A stretch of 64,000 bases of DNA from Raillietiella orientalis (Eukaryota). The translations under genes and the position numbers were made by a program. Under the pieces are notes generated by a model. That model was not told the DNA's origin. It saw nothing but the letters and a program-made list of their open reading frames with translations, and did no database searches. Location: contig JAYWIR010000094.1 of NCBI GenBank assembly GCA_036172245.1, positions 62,001 through 126,000 on the forward strand, read 5' to 3'. This document shows positions 1 through 12,625 of the stretch, one piece after another (within the stretch, counting starts at the first letter, position 1; each line of letters opens with the position of its first letter).

Positions 1-1005
1 AGCTTTGACGCGGAATCTTGCCTCCAAAGAGAGTGACCTTCCGGTAGAGAAAGAAAAGATGATCCTCGGTGAGGAGATTGAGGCTGTTTCGAGCACGCGA
101 TTGACTGGTGGCGACCGACCCTTTCGACTCACTATGCTGCTGAATCACCACTCAGCGAACGGGGCGAGCCTAGCACTGCCGCTTTCCCAGCCATTATGAC
201 TGGATTCGCGTCTTCTCTTCGTCTGTATGAAACGTCGTTGAACGTGAACGGTCTGCAAGAAGACGAGAACAAGAAAGCAGAAGCCATCTCCCTGCGCAGT
301 TTCGACTTGTCGCTACTGCAGGAGATACATAACATGTCCGCTGAGCAGGCAGCCGACATCAAGCAACGCGCAGTTGGTAAGCTTTATTGACAGCGCAGCT
401 CCTCACGCTCGTGGGGGTCTCTTTCCTCGCACGAGGAAAAGTGGAAGGAGCACTGAAGAGAGTTTTAAGCGACAATAACGGACCAGTAGGGCAGCTTGTA
501 GTCAAAGGTTCCGAACCCATGGACCTGTGTACGATTGTCCCAAAATATGTGTACGATTGTCCCAAAATATCGCGCCGATAGAATACGATTCTCCGGAGAA
601 GTGAAGAGCCACTGGCTCAAGATCTCTGGCGCCCATGTGGTACACCTTTTCGCGGGGGAATTTAGTGTCTACCTGTTTTCAGACGTCTGAGAGTGCACGA
701 GTAAGCGATCTCTGGCCGTCGAGATGTGCGTTTCGGTGCACGCTGTCAACTTGTAGGCTAGCAAACCTGAGATGGAAAGCTCGGTCGACTACATTTTTCT
801 TAATGACCACTTTGATTATGGAGCAGGGAGAAGAGGAAGATTGACGTCAGAACTTTCCGACCACCACAGGATAGAGTATGATCTGCTCCTTCCTGGTAAG
901 GCATTCCCGAGAAATGTGTGGAGGATGCCGGCGAACTGGCTAAGCCATTCGGAGGACGTGGAACATCTGCGTCAGCACCTACGGGCTTCATTTCTCAGCT
1001 CGCTT
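1..1005 (+). mobile_element. Segment A: degraded L1/Tx1-like 5' part (ORF1 C-terminus + APE endonuclease), cut by an opposite-strand 3' end
   Basis: Translations LNVNGLQEDE..FDLSLLQEIH, VDYIFL..SELSDH, WRMPANWLSH..EHLRQHL match the APE of the ORF2 at 24099; many stops and frameshifts. Confidence 0.85.
527..570. repeat. Perfect 22-bp tandem duplication (GTGTACGATTGTCCCAAAATAT x2)
   Basis: Read directly: 527-548 = 549-570. Confidence 0.95.
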
Positions 1006-1470
1006 CTCAAACAGGTGCGCCAGGGAGTTTATTCTTTTGAATAAAACATATCGAGAGTCTGTACATTACCCAGTGGTCCAGCCACGTTCGAGAAAACTAT
1101 AGCGAGCCCGCCTGGTTATAGTTTTGCAGACCGGAACGATCCTTCACGTCAGCAGAGAGTGGGGCGACAAAACAAATAGAAAAACAAAAAATTCAAAAAT
1201 TGGTACTTGAAAACAGCTCGGGGCACGCAAAGGGGTCACAATCTACTGCAGGGCTGTTGTATCCTTTCTAGGATTCTGACAAGCTCTTCTCTGATGTGCC
1301 TGTCTAGGTGGGCTCATTCTGTCACCGATCTCATGAATTCGACTGCTCATTGGAAGGCACTCTAATCGCAGAATCCTTTCGTTGCCTTGCTCCAAGCAGA
1401 GACGATCTCGCGCAGGCAGCACAAGTCTGCTAACGCGGCCGCACGCCGGAGGACCTCGCAAAGGAAGTGG
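1006..1470 (-). mobile_element. Segment A': degraded 3' end (ORF2 C-terminus, 3' UTR, decayed AATAAA-hairpin)
   Basis: Minus strand GTTTTATTCAAAAGAATAAACTCCCTGGCGCACCTG resembles the I end at 36440-36480; left boundary clear, right boundary vague. Confidence 0.65.
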
Positions 1471-4400
1471 TTTTTAATTTCGTCGCTGGGGTTGCCGCAG
1501 GGGATCCCTATAGCCGCTCAAAGAGGTTCCAGAGGGTCAGAAGAGCTACACAAACAACCTACAAGTGAAAGAGGGACTCACACTTGCCACAACGTAAACA
1601 GTTTAGGTACGCTCCCAATGTCCAATGGTGCCGAAGGGCTTTGCATGAATGTCCCCAGTGCAGCACTATGAGCGCGCACTCTGGTCACTAGAATGGAGGG
1701 GTACGTGTGTCCGTCATTACCGATGAGCACTTCAAATTTTCCTGAACAACATCCATCAGCTCGCCTCTAGAAACAAATCCAACAGTGGTGGTAATTTAGG
1801 TGGCAGCACTGCAGAGTCTGCAAGTTTTCCACTCAGAGATACTCTTCTCCGCACCATAGATTTAGGCGATAACCTCCTATGCCGCCGCGGTGTTGCTGCG
1901 AAAATAGCCCATGAGCAAAAACAGCATTCCGGGGAAAGGAGTTCTTTCTGCCCACGCTCTTTTTGGGGGGTTCTCTAGCACTTACCGGAGCTTGAGGTGG
2001 TCGGTGCGCGCAAACAGCTTTCTTCGACCTCGTTCGGCGCGTTGCTCGTTGCTTGGAATCTTCACCACCTTCCAGTCTTGGTCATCACCGGCGTTGCCAC
2101 TACTTGACTCCTTACACGTCTGCTGGCTAGGTTAGAAATCCTGCATTTTCGATTTCCCGTTTTTATATATATTTCGTTGTTTTCAATTTAGCACGTCAAC
2201 TAAATAGAATTATCACTCAGGAACGGGCTGATGGCATGACTTGTGGAGGAAGTAAAGTAGCCTTCAGACTTTTGCAACAGTGGCATTCTTCCCACGAACC
2301 GGCAAAAGTTAATGGAGGGTGATCTCAAATACAGTACGCGACCATTATTGTACACAGGATAGCGTCGATGCAATTTCCCAAGTGAGAAGAGAACAAAACA
2401 TTCCGGTGCCTTCTAGTAGAGTGTTTTGCGTTTCTTCCTTTTCTCGGATCGTTTGCCGACGATCCTAGGAACTTGGACGGCTAATCCAGGAACTGATTCA
2501 GGCACTTTTGAAAGCGTGACTCTTTGACATCAACCGCAGATCTGCACTGTTTCCCTAATTTGATGACAGCCTAGAACGCGGAAAGTAGAAGCCCAAATAG
2601 TAGGAAAGCTATCTTGGTGACAGATACTTTTAAATATGTCTTAAAAGATGCCCTTTCTGGGCACCATCCAAGCATAATTTGTCAGCATTCTGTATGGAAT
2701 GCCAAGGAGGGATGCATGCGTAATGTGATATCGGTCATGGCATCCCGAGCACATGGTTCAAACAAGTGTTCCACCACTTATTGACTTCTATAGTACGAAT
2801 TTGTCATTATTTTGTTCACTAAGAAATGCCGAAGAAAAAGAATGCGATAAATGAGAGTCGGAGTTCTCAAAGGAGGACTAGAGTCCTTCATGATGCCTGA
2901 GGGAAACGAAGCCTCACGAATGACCTACAAAGATGCAGATCTCAGAAAACTGCTTCCCTGCACATCATCAATCGATGAAGAACAAAAAAAAAAGCTTTTT
3001 TCCGTGGAGAACGCAGTTTTCGTCTTCCATCTGTTATTAGTCTCCTTTTCTTTTTGGCACAGTCATTGGTGCGTTTTTGTTCAGCTTCTCCGTATGTAGA
3101 ATCATGACACTGAACAGCACCGGTGTCATGAGCTGTTTAGCGTAATCCTCCTGTTAGTTGAGTTGGTCTTTTTCTACACGCTGATAGCGCCTCTAAATGT
3201 AATTTCGGTTGTCTTACCTAATGTCATGTATTCTTTAGCGCTCTTCACGTGAAAATTGACTAACTTGTCTGCAAAGTTTCTGTCTAAAACCTGTTCCAGA
3301 ACTTTTCATGTCACTCTCACTAAATTCTTCCCATTTATTGAAAAACAATTGCGGGAATAGGAGTAATCACAATAACAAGAACTCCACGAGGACCACCACG
3401 TTTGAGAAAATCGTGCAAACATCGTTCAACGGACAAATGAAATGAACACTTACACGTGAAAAACAAGATTCCCGAGTTCCACGTAAGCAAATGAAAAAAA
3501 TTTAGTTCCGTCAAATCATTTCAGTTAGTCATATAGTGATGAAGTTTGCAACAGTTTCTCTGTATAGCAATACGATATTCGAGAAAATGTATTCTTTTGG
3601 TGAAGTATATGTGGTTGCAAATGAATATCAGTATGTATCTGAGAATAACTCAAGCAAGCCACTTGTTCTAAATGTTCTTGATAAATGTAAGTATCAATTG
3701 AGGGACTATGAGCGTTTTAACTTAGCTGTAGATTCCTGCAAATAGTTTCCATTCTCAGCGAAGTTTTGTATTAAAATAATGACAGTCATCGTGTAGTGCT
3801 TCCTTATGTGATTGATGATTTCATCATCGGAGCACGCAAATGCTTTGTTATGTTAACAAAATCCATCCCTCATTCTCTTTGTAAATTGCAATGGTAAGAG
3901 GGTCACGTATGACGTATGAGCATTCTGCTCTGATCAGAAAATAAAAAACGTAGTCAGATGATAGGTCATATGCAACTCAAAACTCAGAATAGCATACTCG
4001 TGATGCTTTGAATGAATCTCTAAAATTAATTCAATTCCAAATTTTAGTGTCTTCTGTCCTGCTAACGTGGATTATTTAAGATCTTTAGTGTGTTTTATAT
4101 CCAACAGCGAGGAAAATTCAATTAAGAAAGTTCTAAATAGAGTGCAAATACTTTATATTGTTATCAATCAATGATGTGACCGAATCTTCCAATATACGTG
4201 AGAGAATACTGTCTTCACGGAGTTGGACTCCTCAATACAACTACAAAATCCTTATTTTGGGGAGGTTTCCATCTGCACTTCAGTGTGCTCGAAACATATC
4301 CCAGATTTATTCCAGTGACAAGCCTGAAGCATATTTAAAGTTCAATGCGTCATCAAGAGATGCAACACACACGATGGACCCGTGTATTCAAACTTTCAAA

Positions 4401-7400
4401 GCGTATTTACTAATGATAATCGCGATTCTTTTACTTGTGTAACTCGAACATCTTAATATGAAATAAAGAGTGAAAAAATGCGAAATACCTTTAGGAAAAT
4501 TTTTCGACTATGAACAAATTAAAACATTGAAACAAGAGTTCTCCAAACATGCACGTTTACACATCCTTCATGATTCAAACAGTACAAAGCAGTCATTTTT
4601 AAATAATTGAGGGAAAGCCACCCTTTTCCATGGATTTGAGAAAGCTCTCATGAAATAAGGTAAAAAGAGACACTGCTGTTTAAGGCGCAGCGCATTCAAA
4701 CACACAAAAAGAAACGTACCTTCGTGATTTATCCGCTGCAAGTTGTAGGTAGCAATCCCCATTGAATGCATTCACAGTGAATTCCACAATCATACTTCCT
4801 TCGAGGTCTAGCGGCCGAAACTCTGCTAAGTCCTATCATATTGCAAACATGGGCTTACAAAAAGAGACAGGGAACACGAGCCACGTTGCAATTGAACTCG
4901 CAAGCTATTGAACGACAGTTCACACGTTCCAAAATCGTTGGCGAAAGCAGAAATACATGGCCCTCACTTGTCCTCTACGCCAATGACGTGTGTGAGCGAT
5001 CTACAGAATAAAATCGTAGTGTTTTCCGTATCAGAAGATTCTGCAGAAAGGGCAGCATAGCTGAACAGCCTACAAAGAAAAAGGATTCGGTGACACTTTA
5101 GCATCCGAAAGTACACATTGAGAACAAAGCTTCACAGTGACGCAAAATTGCTGCCAACAATTTCCTTACGATCAAAGGAAAGCTTGCAAGAACAAATGTA
5201 CACAAAATAAGTGTGTTAAGCAGTATACACAGCTATAACAAAAAGGTTTTCGCACGCCACTCGCAGATTCCTTAACAGTAAAGTCTTCAATTCGGTTGAG
5301 CACCATCAGTCCTCATGGAGAGGAGGCCTGTGTTCGACGCTGTCGTCAAGCAGCCAGTTTCTCTCGAATCCTCAGCCACAATAAAAGACCTGAAACATCA
5401 CCGGGGACATTTACGGAAAATAGAAACACTAGCATCAGTAACCACGAAGTGCACGTAATTGAAAGAAGCATTAAGGCAAAATCAGAAACAGAGTATCCAG
5501 AAAAGGAAAAGGGCAAAGGAATCATCCCATTACAACTGGAATGCACCTTCACGCTATGCCAAGCACTTTTGCAAATTGCACGCTCGACAGACCGAGCGTC
5601 TTTCTCCAAAGACAACATCAAGCACCACTCGGCTCACAGACGTTCCTTCCATATACATTGAACTGCTTGCGTACGGCAGAGAGATGGAAATACGCATCAA
5701 ACATTGCGAAGAACGCGAAATTGAACATATGAAAGACCACACAGTGAGCGAAATCAATATGTCAGAACTACTTTGCAAAAATCAATGGACTTCTAACGCC
5801 AACACAAAGCGAACCCTTCTAGGGAACATCCAACAAAATTGAATGAGCCATTTAAGCAAAACCGTCCGTTTAGCACCAAAGCAGTACCCTTGAAGTAAAC
5901 TTTGTAAAGCCAGGAACCAAACACGCTGCAAACAATCTCACTATTCAAGAAAACACACAGAGAAATAGTGCAGACACACTGGAATAACATAGGTCCACTT
6001 GTCGGTCCAAGCACGCTCGAGAAAAAAATTCGAAGCCAAAAAAAAACTACACCTTTCCCTTACTTGCGCCTAGAAGATTAAAAGTGCGCCACATAAGGCA
6101 ACTCCTAACAGAAGGAAGAAAGATTAAAGAAGCGGTATGCCGAAATACAGATGAATTTCCTTACAACGGTGAAGAGTAGTCGCCACAGCATCCTGCCTTC
6201 CAAAACTTCACACGGGATGAGACATAATAAGGAATGCCGCGTTCGAACGAAACTCACCATGGCTTCTACAGAAATGAGGAATTGCGCACACTGCAAACCA
6301 ATAAGAACCGTGATCAACACTTGCAACGACATGAGTGAAACATGTCCAGCGTCCACAGCTTTCGAAATCGTTACACTTCAACACACGTGATCCGGGAATC
6401 CCAGCTGTAGGAAAGTTTGCTGCCAGACGGAGAAGCAAAGCGGATGAAGACCAGAAACCACAAGCTGCCAACAGCTCGTCGAGAGAAAGTTGTGAAAGCA
6501 ATTTACCACTCCAATTGGCCACACGGCGAAGAACTTCATGCAACTACTTCAAACGCCTTAAACTCTGAGTTCTTGTGACGGTTTCCACTTACGAGACGTG
6601 CAAGAAGAAATCAGAATGCTCGGAATATGATCTCCATGTCAAAAAAAAAAAGATATGGCAAGCTGATAAATCCGAAACGTTAGGTCCACAGCAAGAGGCG
6701 AAATTGAAAAGACAATGGAAAGCAATAGGAATTCGATGCAGTTTCTCCGCTAGAATCAGTTGCAGCTCGTTGCAATATAGTGGACAGCACGAAGCAACAC
6801 GACGGAAGATGTCCTTCAGCTCAAACATCACGACAGACTTATCTAACACTCCAAATCACTTTTCCCCCTTGCGTGCCTCGTTTCGTGTTTCAAACGCTGT
6901 TCACCCACTATCCAGCAGTAGGGATACCATAACGCTTACTTGCAGGATAGGTGGAAAGCGTACCGTTTTTCTCCCAAAATCTCAGCATTCGTTCCCACTG
7001 CAAGCATCTGCTGTGTGTACGCGCATGCCATATACATTTCCCGAGAGAAGAAGGCGATAGTCAAGCTTCCGGCTATTTATCGCCACTTTGCTGAATTCTT
7101 TGTGCTGGTGAAGCAGTCATGAGCGAAGCGGGTCTCCTCCGAAGATGGTCCTGGAAACATCCGCAAGATTCGCCATAAACCGGGCACTCGTTGTCTTTGC
7201 CTCTAATGTCTGTGTAGTTCGCAAAGCCGTAAAGGGAAAACATGCGCCCATAGGTGAGCCATTTAAGTGGTGCCGTGGTTGCAGTCAGTGCAGAGTTGTC
7301 GTCGTCTGCCGCTCCGGGAAAAAATATTCTGCACATCGTACAGTGACCGCGTTTGATTTTTGAAAAGCAAACCATAGGATAGCAATGCATCGTAATGCCT

Positions 7401-10400
7401 TTATGAAAAGTCGATTTCATTGCTCACTCCTGGCACACAAGAAAACATGAAGGAAATCAACTCCGGAATGAGAGTTTAACAATTTTGACGCATGACGAGC
7501 TTCATCCAGTTTTCGAATGAAGATCGGGAACTCTGCTGCAAAATCTGCAAAATTCTGCTAGCTCCAGTCGACATTGCTCGTCACATCTGTGTCTTTAAAC
7601 TTGCAGGGGGCACTCAAGAAATTCCAAACAACCTTCGATTTCTCACAATTGCGGTGGCACTTAAAGTGGCAACAAAAAGACGCTCTCGTGATCTCAGCAT
7701 TGGGTGCTTTTCTGATGGTTCCCACCATACCTCGTAAATTTCAGCTGGAGAAGAGTGCACGTGTCATGCTTCAGCTGCTCCGTCCCTCCAGGAATGCCAA
7801 ATGGCTTTCAGCGCACAGATTGCGATTTGGCTAGACGTGCTCTTGTAAGCAACGTGTTTCGCATCTCGTAAGGTCTATTGATCTCGCAGGATATTTCATG
7901 GACTTTCAGCCTAGGAACTCCATACTAAAAGAACAACTTGCCCTTGATTGCTTCTCACTGGAAATATCTTCATCATGATGGAGCGTGGAGGCTTTTCACC
8001 AAAATGGGTATTCTCACTTGGTCATGTCGGAGAACTCTTTGTGGAAACAAAAAATAAATGGTAAGAGAAAATTCAACAGGAAAATCTAAGTCTTCTTGCG
8101 CTTACAGAATTCAGTTCTGCTGATTGAGCGCGCTACGGATCATGTCTTAGCTGGAAACCATTCGGCAGAGAAACCAACTCATTTAGAGAAAATCAAAGGA
8201 AAAAATGTAATAGGAAAAAATGAATCAAACACAAGCCGATAGTTTTGAATATTTGAGAAGTTGGAGCTGGCGAATCGCAGAATTTTTCGTTTCTATTTTC
8301 TCAGGGGTGCTTGCGAACTCCTCCTAGTTGCGTCAAAAAAAGTTTATTGCGATACGGCTCCTCTGCAGAAAAAGATACCGCTCAGGATGCATCTGAATCT
8401 ATCTTCGGGATTCACTGCCAGCAGACGAGTAACAGAGACGAAATCGCCTCGTCAGGTGACATGAGTTACGGGCGAAGAGGCTCCTGGATAATTTCTTCCA
8501 GCTGTTTACTGGTGAAAGGAGGAACGCTTTTAACCGCTGATCGCGCACAACGGAAGAAAACGCTTTCGAAATTTAAGTGGCACTTGGCTTTCCGAGCCTA
8601 AAGTATGGAAAACATGCGGAAGAGGAGATTGCTTTCCATCGATGACCGCAATCCCTATGGAGCGTTGGATCCTTCTCGTTCTGGTGTCCCTTATGAAGAC
8701 AGCGCCACGTGCTTATCCTGGCAATCGCGAGCGCGAACGCATCTTTCGTCTGCTGCGTACCATTCAATACGAAGAGGCACGCCTGACGGGATGCTTCGGA
8801 GAGCCCTCTCGACCTATGCTGCGAATGCTTGGAATGAATGAGTTCCATGCTGCTTTTCGAATCCAAACAAAGAAACAGAGAAGAAGACAGACGGAAAGGA
8901 TAGAAAGCTCTTAATTCTCGGTGCCTTATGGAGAAAGCATTAGGGTGGTGCGGGTGGACAAATGAGAACTGACAAGCAGGAGGAGAAAATGGAACGAGGC
9001 AACAGCGTTCACGTGGATTGTACGGTACCATCGTGGACGACAAAGGTAAGAAAGTTTGGGCAAGACAATTTTAGCGACGCCATGCAGACATGCAGTCAAA
9101 TGATAAAATTTCTACAGCTCGCACCATCTCTCCTCCTGGCAGCACTGGGCAACGCCTTTGAGTTATGTGCCGCGAATGCGAGGCAAAACTGAGACGTGAG
9201 GCTGCTGAGAATGTTGATTTCTGCATGACAGTCGAGCGCTTCGGACCCTTCTCTGTTGCGAGGTGTTTCTTGAATGCGATGCGCTGGGAAAAATAAAGAA
9301 AGATTCTAAAATGAAGAGACCCTAAGTGATCACGAGATTTTGTTGCTGTGGAACTTTTTGTTTCTACATGGCACGATCTAAATTCCCTTTTATTCTGCAC
9401 CTTTCCTGCTGGCGTGAGTAAAACCGCATGCTTTAGAACGGCTTTGCTCTGTTGCATGGTTACACTCGACTAAAACTGCGAATCTAATCGAATTCAGATC
9501 TCCAAAAATCGCTACTCCATCTCACTAAACCCCAAGGCTATTTACACAGCGAGGAATTTCTTTACTGGAGGCGGCGAGAATGGAAGCGTCACGCTGCTAT
9601 CCCTTTGAGCAACCATTCTATGGATTTTTATCCGTCATGAGAGACGCTGTGTATTTTTAGCATCAGAAGTTTTATGCCTGCGTAATACCTAGTGACCATC
9701 ACACTTCGGTTTTACGAGATGAACCCCTTATGACCACGCTTTGCTGGAATGCAAGCTCTTTGCTGTTGGATCGTCATTGACGAAGCTGGGGCATCTGACC
9801 TTGTGCTGCATAAATCTCCTTTGCAATCATTTCCTTTTCACTTGGATCTTTAGTTTCCCTTTCCACGGAGCAACTTCCTGCCTCCTAAGAGCGGCTGTCG
9901 TCGGTCTAGAAGAGTTCAGCTGTAGAAGAGTTACTAGCATATCCGGAGAAACCTTTTGAATTCGGATCCGGCCTCTGATTAGTGGTGCCATTTTTAGATC
10001 TTCGCTGCAGGGATGGGTCGAATAAGATGCGAAAGCATCATCAGGCACTCTCGACTCTACATTCAAGTGGTCTCTATCGTAGCTTTGAGCTTCTTGTTTA
10101 TTTCCGTGTTGAGGAACACTTTGCTTTCCTCACTTTCTTTATTTTTGTTCGATAAGCCCCCCGTTGTCGTGAATGTTTATTTGCTTTTCTTTTTAGATTG
10201 CTTCTTGCTTCTTGTTTTGTACTTTGACGCTGTGAGCTAACGCTATCTCTAAAGTTGCATTGGGTTCTCTTACGGTTTGTCCGCCTGAAACAGTGGTTCC
10301 TGAATCTTCGGTTGATGCTGGAGACTTTCAATGTGTGGGTTTAAATGATGCTGTAAAAACTGAGAATGTGAAGGCTGAGAATATGAGATTGAGGGGAGGC

Positions 10401-10439
10401 CGTAATATTCAGCCAGTTTCGAAAAGCCTAAGATGCAGT

Positions 10440-10544
10440 TGGTCCTCAGGAACAGGTGTGACCTTGCGCTGCTGCAGAAGATCCACGTGATCTCTGCAGA
10501 ACAAGCGTAAAAGATCGAACAATTCTCCGAAGGGCGGCTATTTA
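10440..10544 (+). mobile_element. Short APE N-terminal fragment (outer nest layer, 5' part)
   Basis: Encodes DLALLQKIHVISAEQA*KIEQFSEGRLF, homologous to DLTLLQEIHVISAEQA in F and V. Confidence 0.75.
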
Positions 10545-12625
10545 TCACCCGGGTGCGCCGAGGCGTTTATTAAAAACTATCGGGGAACAGAGTTCCTGGA
10601 CAACGGGGAAAACAAGATACAAAGGGGGTGGGATCCCCGACACGCAGGTCGGTATGGCTAAAGTCCGGAACGAGAGGAAAACGACCACAAATACACTACT
10701 ATGAAAAATTAAAATAAAAAAAAATATGGTGTGCGGGGGACAGGGGTCTTTGGTGAGTCCGTTCCTTCCTTTGAAAACCGGCGATGGATGATAGCGATAT
10801 CTCTCCTTACGTCCTGTGGCAGATGGGCCCACTCGGTAGCCGACGACATGCTTGCGCTGGCTATTCCGGTGGGCTGACGAACGATGGCCAGCTTCTTCAA
10901 CTCTCGGTGGGCCTTGTCGATGGCGCGGGTGCAACACACGGTTGCAACGAAAGCACACAAAGACAGGCCGCCTGGCGTGAAGAAGCGACGCATCAAGTCC
11001 CTCGCGAAGTCCATCTGGTGCAGGAGAGCTGAGGCCAGCCTCCGCCAAAGTCCCAGAAGGGCACCGCAGTCCAAGAGCAGGTGCGGGAGCGTTTCCACTT
11101 CGCCGCACCGCTTGCAGTTTGGGGAGACAACTCCCCCGGAAACACAGTTCGTCCGCTGGCTGGAGTGAAAACCCCAATGCACCAGCATGATGACGTCCTG
11201 CTTCCACGAAAAAGGGAACACAGGAGTGTTCAAAGAGGTGGGAGGGACCACAAGTTCTTCGAAGGACACACTTAAGTGTTCACTCCACCGAAGGAGTCCC
11301 TTCGAGATGTGGCGAGGCGTGGCGGAGTCTGCCAGCTCGCAAGTCCTAAAGCTGCCAATAGGTCGTGTTGTTCCTGCGATGGTGCAGGAGACCTCCCATC
11401 TCGCTGGTTCGCAGCTGTCATCCCTTGCCCTGAGGGCAGACAGTGCGTCGACGAGAGGGGTGAGGGCAAGGCCGGTCCACTTCTAGCTGCTGCAGACCTC
11501 ATCCACCGTGCAGTACGGGGAGAGGTGAACGCAACGGAGTTCCAGGAGGGAAACATCCTGGTGCTTTGCCCAGCCATGCAACGGTTCCTGCCGCCAGGCT
11601 TGAAAGTTCGTTGGGCGGCAGGAGATCCATTCTTGGGCTGCCAGGAACCGGTAGAGGGGTTTCAAGGGGAAACCGAAACTTGTCGTGGGGTGCTTCGTGT
11701 GCGGACGCAGCGACAGAAGTCCGTCGCTGCAAACGCAGCGCCGCAGGAGCAGGCGCGCAGGAGTGCACCACGGAGTGGACCAAAGGTTGGCGCACATGGC
11801 CAACATCCGAAGCTGCACCTGCAGCTCGATTCTCTCCAGCGCCAGGATGTCTAGGCCAGCATCCCGACGCGGAGCCACCAAGTCTTTCAGGCGGATCCTG
11901 GACCTCGCAGGACCCCACATAGCGTTCCTCAACAGGCTGTGCGACTGGAGCTTCGCCGAGAAGGCGGACGGGCAAACAAAAAACAGGGAACGCAAGAGGG
12001 GGGCAACGAAGTTGTTCCATATCGCGGCCCGCTCCGACAGAAGGAACCTACCATGGTGGAACGGGCTCAGGGCATTCGAAGCCTTCCGAAGGCAGTCCGA
12101 CCACACTTCCACTGGACTGATGTTCCCCAGCGGAACGCCCAGAATTTGGGTGGACGAAGCGGCGGAGATCCCCAGGCGGATCCAGTCGGACTGCCCCTCC
12201 CACGCCGCACCAATAGGTACGACCACGCTCTTGCTCCTGTTTACGCTCATGCTTGCTCCCTGGCAACCATCTCGAAGAAATCCTGAAGACTAGACGCCGG
12301 GTTTGTCATGGGTAAGAGGAGAAGCAGGTCGTTAGCATAGGTCGCGACGGACGGCGTTCCTGGACAAAGGCTCGGCAGGTTGGACAGCGTCAGCTTGTAC
12401 GCCCTCATCACCGACTCAAAGAAGATGCTGAAGAGCAACGGGCTTAAGCTGTCGCCCTGCCTGATGCCCTGCCGCACCGGCACGCCATACACGTGGCAGC
12501 CTCTAAATGGTACGGAAATGAGCGCGTGGCGCCAGCAAGCGCGCAAAAAAGCCACGAGGTGCACCGGGAGTCCGAGCCGTTCCAGGAGCTCCAGCAAGAG
12601 ATCCTGATTTACGCAGTCGACCGCC
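10545..12625 (-). mobile_element. Segment B: 3' half of ORF2 (RT from KAVDCV to C-terminal Cys motif), 3' UTR and AATAAA-hairpin end
   Basis: ORFs 12247-12657, 11483-12250 and 10709-11269: GIRQGDSLSPLLF, YANDLL, CKRCGEVETLPHLLLDC; end motif at 10545-10571. Confidence 0.92.

Noticed and set aside
7492..7737. BED-finger/hAT transposase remnant (CKICKILL)
   Set aside because: A single CxxC with no supporting transposase motifs.
3190..9075. Host gene with short GTAAG...AG introns (e.g. minus strand about 6106-6165)
   Set aside because: The GTAAG count is not clearly above chance, and my trial exon joins gave no convincing protein.
10548..10563. CCCGG...CCGGG hairpin as the insertion target or as a DNA-transposon terminal inverted repeat
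   Set aside because: It occurs only at element 3' ends after AATAAA and lies inside the TSD-bounded G element.
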